In this document: positions 56,545-64,000 of the stretch, piece by piece
How positions within the stretch are numbered: position 1 is the first letter of the stretch
How the letters are laid out: the number at the start of each line of letters is the position of its first letter
From: Octopus sinensis
Taxonomy: Eukaryota
Length of the DNA: 64,000 nt
Assembly: GCF_006345805.1 (NCBI RefSeq)
Contig: NC_043006.1
Location: forward strand, 61,070,001 to 61,134,000
Direction: 5' to 3'
Position numbers and translations under genes: made by a program
The notes under the pieces: model-generated
Databases searched by the model: none
What the model saw: the letters and a program-made list of their open reading frames with translations, nothing else
What the model was told of the DNA's origin: nothing

Positions 56545-56578
56545 ATGATGATGATGATGATGACGGTGATGGTGATGG

Positions 56579-56609
<31 letters not shown>

Positions 56610-56648
56610 AATAATAATAATAAATAATAATAATAATAATAATAATAA
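56403..56648. repeat. Compound (AAT)n-(GAT)n-(AAT)n microsatellite
   Basis: Direct observation; it explains the poly-N/D/M/I/S/L ORFs. Confidence 0.97.
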
Positions 56649-57172
56649 ATGCCCTGGCAGTACTCTCATGGGTTCTCCTCTTAATTGAGTGGAAGTGTTA
56701 TAACGTACTTTGTCTTTGTAAAAAAAATGGGCTACAGCAAATATTTTGCTCATTACTACAATTTGCTTGTCAATTGCTTGACCATAACCAGTTGAGTATG
56801 ACTCTTAGTGGCTGAGAATATGTGCATCCCTGATCACAATCAGAAGTAATGGGGGAACATCATACCCATGTGTTGAGAGTAATACGTTGGGATTTGCATA
56901 ATTCACCTTTGGAAACATGGGTGTTTATTTCCACACCCTTAAACATCCCTTATTCAGGGAGCTTTTGAGCAGGATTGGCTACTCAACCTGAAGAAAATTG
57001 TGACTAGGCCCCATCTGCAAGGTCATCCGCTGTTAACATTGATATGAGATCACTATGTCGTGCACATATGATTGTGCTGCATGTGCCTGGTGTAACCTTA
57101 TGAGACGGGTAGTCATCATGACTATATTGGGCTTCGTATATCTTACCCCAGTGTCACGTTGTGGCATGCTCT
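56649..57172 (+). mobile_element. ~520-bp non-coding element after (AAT)n, copy 2
   Basis: Colinear with 33812-34360, for example gggctacagcaaatatt, ttgaccataaccagttgag, cccttattcagggagcttttgag and agacgggtagtcat. Confidence 0.85.
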
Positions 57173-59504
57173 ACTAAATAATAAAAAAAATTCAAAATAA
57201 AGATAATGGAAAGGATAAATTAATTTATTAAAATAAAGCAGTCTACGTTTAATTTGAACACTTTTGTATACGCATAAACTTTAAAAAATATCAGTGGTAA
57301 CTGTTAGAAGAGAAATATACATACGCATACACATGCAAAGCTACATGTTTACAGAAGTATAGACACTCGCACACGCGCACACACATCCATAATTTTATGA
57401 GCATACTCACCTATGTAGTACATAACACACACACACACTGTTACATATGTGTGTGTTATGTGAATGTTTGTGTGTGTGTGTATGCGCATAAACTAATGGA
57501 TACATTTCGAAATATTTAAACAAATTTATATACATAAATTCAGCTGCAAACAAGCTTTATGCAAATTTATAAAGTAAATTAAGGATTGTTTCTTCACATC
57601 AATTTACATATTGTAACGACATGCCTCTTTATAGTCCTTTATGTTGAATTGATAACAAATTGTGGTATATTTTCCTAAGAAATTTTTCGTTTATATTGCT
57701 GGAATATTCATAATGTTGTATGAATTGTTTCCAACGTAATTTAAGAAATGCAAACTAGGGAATAGATTTAGCCTCGGAAAAAGTAGATAAGAATTCATTC
57801 TTCACTAGTGAATCATTTTTATCTTAAGTAGAGTCTGAAGCAATGAGGAAAAGCTATATAATGCCGGAGAAAAATTTGAAATATATAATTTATTGCACTG
57901 TTCAGAAGAAGCAAGATTACGAAAAAGCAACAATGGAAGCACAAAGAAATGCCATTTAGAAAACGTTTTCTTTTTTTTTTGTGTGATAATCTGGGAAATG
58001 ATATTTTAAAAAATAAAAGAAATACATTTGAAAGATTTGAATAAAAGTATTTGTTAGAATGAAGACATTGTGGGAACCGGAAGCAGATTACGATGAACTT
58101 GCAAAAGAAGAATTCTTTCACTCAAACAAAGCGCGTGACAAATGTATGAAAAGTTGCAAACAATAAAAAACGACAAAATATTGAAGAAAAAACGTATGAA
58201 ACACAAAGGACTGAAAAGAAAGGAGTAGGAAAAGAAAGAAGCGAGGAAGACACGTTCCAATCGTCCTGGTGTTGAAAGTGTTGGAGATGATGATGCATAG
58301 GACATGTAAGAAGAGGAGGGCAAAAGAAAGGAGAAAGTAGATTAATTAGAAGTCAGATGTCTTAGTAATAAGAAAAAAATGATTCAATGACAATATATCT
58401 CTTTGAAAATATTGTTACATGCATAAAATGTGAGATGTGGACGAAAGATTTATTAATGCTGAACAATGATTGAGAAATATATTTATAAAAACTAGCAGCG
58501 CATAGAAAAAGTTTTGACAGGAAGAATATCTATCTTTCTATTTATCTATTTATTGTTAGCGTTAGTGATCTTGCATTTTAATCTTCGTATGTATGTATGT
58601 ATGTATGTATGCATGTATGTATCTCTTTAAAACCAAGAATTAATGCACACACGGAAACAATTATTTGTTTACGTGTATACGTATTCGAAAATATGAAGTC
58701 GTATATATTATTTGCTACATATGGAAAAAAGGAGCACTGATTATGGCTTCTGCAAATCTTTCTTGGCTTCAGTGATTGATTCCATTAATGTTTCCTTTAA
58801 ACCATCAAATCAAATTCTTCTAACCAGTGATAAGCAACAGAAAAATTCTTGCCGCAGCAAACATATTGTTGGCTTGCATCTAAGACTCGAAATGGGTTGT
58901 CCTTTGGGCAAAAATTACACTTAAAAGTGTAATTTCTGTACGCCATGGAGTTACGTTTCTCTTTTCCTAAAATTTCTCCAATGCTAAATTGCTGTTTAAA
59001 ATAACTGAAGAAAAGACTCTGGCCAATAGGCATTTTGATAGCTTGAAATTAGAATCGTTGCTGCGATTATCTGTGGTGCAAATTGCACGTATATATATAA
59101 TCAGCTTTGTCTTACCACCATTAATTTTGAATACATGGTATACTCCTTTATATTTATTTATTCATCTATCCACTTGAAAGGAGAAAGTAGTTAACCCATT
59201 AATTTAAGAGTCTGAACCCGGGTACTTCCAATTTCATATATATAACGAACAGCTTCACATCCTACACTTGGTCTTCGTTTGTTCTAGTTCGTAAAAGCTT
59301 TCTCTCTACGCACAAGACAGAAAAAATCTCTCAGCAGTCAACATGCGAGTCAATATATATAAGTTGGGCAGCGATGTGAAATATCTCTATAGTCACTTAG
59401 GTTAACCTCCAGAAAGTCATGGCCAATTATATGTAGGGCCAGAAGACATTGAGTAAAGTAAGAAAACAATTACTGTATTCGGGATGATCAGTTTTTCTTG
59501 CTAT

Positions 59505-59920
59505 GGAAAACTTTGGTATCGAGAGTTACACAGATACTAGAACTGGGCGCCACTGCATAGCGCCAAATGACTCCAAATTTGCCATCAAGATGTAGGACAA
59601 GATACTGTGATAGCCTGGGCTTCAGAGATCCACAGCTCTTCAGTATCCTCCCGAAGGACCTGAGAGACCTGCATGGGGAGGATGCATATGTCTTTAAAAT
59701 AAAACTGGACCACTTCCTGTCAGGTGTCCAAGATGAACTAACTTCACGGCAGGAGGTGCAGATGAGGGCAGCTGCATCAAACTCTGCCATGCACCAAATG
59801 TCAATTGCTAAAAAGCATTCGTGAAGTAAAATCATGTAGCAACACCGAATGGCTGTGCCCCAGCATGGCCACAGCTCGTGAGCTGAAACTAGATAAAATG
59901 ATAAAATGAAAAAATGAAAA
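59505..59920 (+). mobile_element. CR1-like LINE 3' end with tail
   Basis: RTRYCDSLGFRDPQLFSILPKDLRDLHGEDAYVFKIKLDHFLSGVQDE matches the LFNxLP..FK..LD..L motif. It is followed by gtgccccagcatggccacagc..gctgaaactagat and (aaaatga)n. Confidence 0.8.
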
Positions 59921-60317
59921 TAACGTATTCGTTCTTCATACATTTATTACTGTTCTTGTTGTAACTCATATTTTCCGTCTTCGTGTGTGTTCTTGCTCCC
60001 CTTTTCTATTCTATTCTTCTAGGATGTGTATCATTATATGAGCATATATCATAAGTTTGGCATAATGAGAATGAAAATTCTTGACCTTACTGTTCTTGGT
60101 TTCCAGCCAGAGTTCCGTGTCTAAAACTGGAGATGGAAAAGACATTCACAAAGATTCGTTGGAAGATAAGAAAGAGGATTCAGATGGCCTCAGCAACAAC
60201 AACAACAAGCATTCCGATGGAAATATGAACGAAAACACATATATATATATAACAACAGTAACGTTAACTTCGCAAGCGGCCGCAACAACAACAACAACAT
60301 CAGTATGTATATATATA

Positions 60318-60457
60318 TATTGTTATATTTCGGAATGGTCATTTTGCCAGTTTAGCCAATAAAAACACACGCACCATATATTTGGTGTTATTTTGCTTCA
60401 GGTTTATTAATCTTATTTGCTAAACTGGCAAAATGACCATTCAGAAATATAACAATA
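60318..60457. repeat. 140-bp element with 39-bp terminal inverted repeats
   Basis: 60318-60356 matches the reverse complement of 60419-60457 with one mismatch. Confidence 0.9.
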
Positions 60458-60633
60458 TCTGTTTCAACACACGACTTCACGTAAAAAATCTTGCACAACA
60501 AATATTTAAACGTATATATATATATATATATATATATAAATTTATAAATAAGGATAATATCGATATTTCAATATCTATATTATCAAGTGGCCAGTATGGG
60601 AATAAATACCATACAAAGGTAATAATTTTTTAC

Positions 60634-60712
60634 AACTATAAATAAGGGTATCTGAGAGACACTACTGCTATTTTAGTATGGTGGTGTCTCTCAGATACCC
60701 TTATTTATAGTT
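60634..60712. repeat. 79-nt hairpin with perfect 29-bp stem
   Basis: aactataaataagggtatctgagagacac pairs with gtgtctctcagatacccttatttatagtt. Confidence 0.92.
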
Positions 60713-61397
60713 TTATATATATATATATAACATAACAAGAACGTAAGCACTTGGTGCAGAATTGGTTAATTTTTTTATATTATTTGTTGCTGTCGATATT
60801 TATGTAGAAAATAATATATGAATTGTCTATTTTTATGCCAGAAAGTGTTTTCCGCGGCTAGCATTCTATATATTTTCAGTACAACACCATATTTCAATGG
60901 AAGATATTGCCTTGATGACAGCTTGCGACAGCTGCTAATCCAATATGTTATAACCAAAATCGACAGTAATTGTTGCCTCTTGAGAGTCCTCACTCACTCT
61001 GTTATTTACAAGACACTTCGCAATTATATCCGTCCTCTTTTCTTTTTGTTATTTTTTTCACTTCACACTCGTTTCTTTCAAGGTGTAACGGAATGTCACG
61101 CGAAAAAGAGGTGCTACACTTCATGTTCATATTATCGCCATTATTTATTTTACAAGAAACATATTCATGCGTAACCTTTCTGACGTATGTTTGTCCTCTG
61201 TGTTTAAATTGACAGGGGGTGTCACTGTAAAGTACATGGTTCTTGCGGTGTAGTTACCTTCTAGCTTCACTATCAAGCGGCCGCGGCCGATGATTACATA
61301 GCAATAGATACATAATTATGTTCATGCATACAGAAAACACACACGCACACAGACGCACACACACACACACATACATACACACACATATATATAAATG

Positions 61398-61436
<39 letters not shown>

Positions 61437-64000
61437 GTGTGTGTGTGTGCGTGTGTGTGTGTATACACATACATAGGTACGTCCATATATATAAAGAGAG
61501 AGAAAGATCGATTGATCGATATATCAATAATCAGTACAGAATCACTCGACATTGTGATGAAAGGCTGACGTTCAACATCGTAGAATGTGATGTGCAAAAT
61601 ATATGGATATTCTTGGTTGAAACCATTTGTGTCGCTTGGATAAACATAAGTGCTTTCCCTGAGAAATTCGTCCAGAAAGCCATGAAAATATGTATTTTAA
61701 TACACATTCAGCAAGTGTTTCACATAGAATAACAAGTTGAAAGTCAGTTCTCACTGTAGGAGCAAAGGTAAAATAAATACGTTGAATATGCAATAAAATG
61801 GCAAACTATGTTACGAGTCATTGCAATACGAAATGCGTAGGATAGAATCATTGCGTTTTATCACAATGATGGTGTCAGCTTCACGATTGATGTTTTCTGC
61901 GGGTCGCATAGAGAGGAAATCGCGCTGAAAATTTCCAGGGCACTGTCCACTATGTAATTCCTTAATTTCGTATTGATAACATGCACAACTATGAAAAAGT
62001 TCCATATCCAGCTACTTTTATGAATAGTTTTACAGCAATGTGTTTTAAAGCCACCTATAAAAACTGGTTTATCTGTTTTAAATAAGTTTATCTGTTCAAT
62101 ATCTATCCCTGAACCCATGGAAAAACTTAAAATATTTCGGTTGTAAATGTCTTGAGTATATCTGCCTGAATTTTCCTCGCCTATGTTTCACCAAAATATT
62201 CCTGCAGTGAATTTCACATTATCAATTATCGAAAGAGTACTCAACAGAAGGGGTAATGTAATGTTTCCCATGAGATAAAAGTATCTATGTAAAGTCAAAT
62301 TTTATGAATGGATATAATAATTAGTTTTATACCTAGTTAAGGCAATACATAATGCATACCATTCAATCAAATACATTATTATTTTGTTCGAGATTACGGA
62401 GATGAAGAAAGTGCATCTCCAAGTCATCACTTAAGTCTAAATAACAGAGAGCGAGTTCAATTATATAATAGTAAGTTCTTTTTCATTAATTCTTTCAAAT
62501 GCTTAAACAACTGAGAAAACATATATACAAGCGATGTTCAGAATAATCTAAAATTCTCTTTTGAAGATTCAGTATATAAACGATAATTTGAAATTCTGTG
62601 AGGTCATGCCTGAAATACCTTTTGTTATTCTGTTTACTTACGAGCAGGTATTCTTAATGCAATATGCTACAATGTTTTCAACTCGCATACATTTGTCCAG
62701 GCATACAATAAAATATAATAATTATTGTTTTGTTCAAAGCAGAACAATAAACCGATATTGCATTCATAGAACTACACACACACACACACACACACACACG
62801 AACATACACAAATCAAAAATGTCCTTTGAAGAGCGCTGATGTAAAATAAACAAGAAATGTAAACAATTTTACAATAAATGAGTAATTTGAAAATGCCTGA
62901 ATCTATTTATAAAATAAATAAATAAGAAGCTGTAATTATAACTGTCGATTATTTCGACTTTTACAATCGAACTTTTCAGTTGCAAATACTGTTAGCCATA
63001 TCGCCGTATATAACTTTAGTTCGTTCATATTTAACATACAAAAAATGTCAATTAGGAAGTGGAAATTCACCATGTAGCCGGCGAACAATAATTCTTACAG
63101 GCCCACTGACCAGTGAGCCCCTAACGCGCAATGGTAATCTACCCCACTGGTTTGACTTCTCTCAAAATTATATTAATTGTCTTTAAAAAGATCAGTGATC
63201 AGTGGCCCCGATCTTATACCTAATTTCTCTGTCATCCAGATAGTTCCATTGCTACCAGGATCTTGACTCATAGCACATTTTGTTCAAGCATACAAGAAAA
63301 AACACAAATGTTAGCAGCCAAATTTAATAATGGTAACTTACATTCAGTTTATCGGAATCGGAACACTTGGTATCTTTATTGTAAAAACCCAGAATATTCT
63401 TCCAAAATTAGTGTGTAAGCTGCACGACGTACAGAAATGGTACCTGGGATATTTAATGTTTATTCACAAACCTTTTCTTCACTATTGACTGTTCAGTTTC
63501 ATCTTCCTATAACAAATTAATTCGCTGACGCATAGTGGGACGAAATATGAACATGTAAATTTGGGTACTCTTAACGTATTTCATATTATTTGGATAGTTT
63601 TTACATGTTTTATGTCACAAACACTTTTAATAAGGATTTTGCTCTGTTAAATCATGCAGTTCTATATTTATGAGATGAGGAATTATGTACAATATTTACA
63701 TTATTTTCATTTGACGGATATTTGTCTTCATCTTGTTTGTTGTAAAACATGGAGCCGTTGAGAAATGAAGTAATATCTAAAAGTGGTAATGGGCAGGGTT
63801 TTGATTGTTACAACGATTGAAATACAGCAAAGAGACAGTATATAATGAACGATATTCAAAATCGTATCGATATTTCCCCGGCATACAATTCTCCAATATT
63901 TGATAGGTAACCAAAATGATAAGACAGGAAATTAGTCATTTGTCAACTGCCAACCGACAAACAGTTTAATGTGCCAACACGTTCCAACACGTTCCAACGC

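Noticed and set aside
56331-56753. Poly-N/D/M and poly-L/I/S ORFs
   Set aside because: Compound trinucleotide microsatellite.
57830-58345. Purine-rich, exon-like stretch (LWEPEADYDELAKEEFF)
   Set aside because: Stops limit the frames examined to short stretches, with no clear splice pair and no recognisable domain.
60273-61284. caagcggccgc (NotI site) twice about 1 kb apart in AT-rich DNA
   Set aside because: No further shared flanking sequence or adaptor context. The first lies in a decayed (CAA)n run, so it is likely coincidence.

Overview
AT-rich eukaryotic non-coding DNA that is saturated with microsatellites. The repeat repertoire strongly resembles an octopus (cephalopod) genome; this is an inference from SINE and LINE style. 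No complete protein-coding gene is visible, and almost every ORF in the supplied track is a read-through of (TA)n, (CA)n, (TATG)n or (AAT)n. The window holds decayed transposable elements: three Penelope-like (GIY-YIG) fragments, CR1-, RTE-, R4/Dong- and Tx1/L1-clade LINE fragments, mariner relics, a non-autonomous Helitron, a Helentron-type element, a piggyBac-like MITE and many tRNA-derived SINEs. The most notable signal is a set of hammerhead-ribozyme motifs. One full type I hammerhead lies at the 3' end of a Penelope-like relic. Four ~200-bp non-coding elements inserted in (TA)n each carry a minimal hammerhead with a loopless stem III and a non-canonical core (retrozyme-like or Penelope-terminal modules). 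The window also has several fold-back structures of 38 bp to 1.6 kb, a ~1-kb tandem duplication and a three-copy templated-insertion trail. Weak evidence points to two 5' exons of a minus-strand host gene, near 54.3-54.9 kb and 19.5-19.6 kb. All calls are by eye and most element boundaries are approximate.
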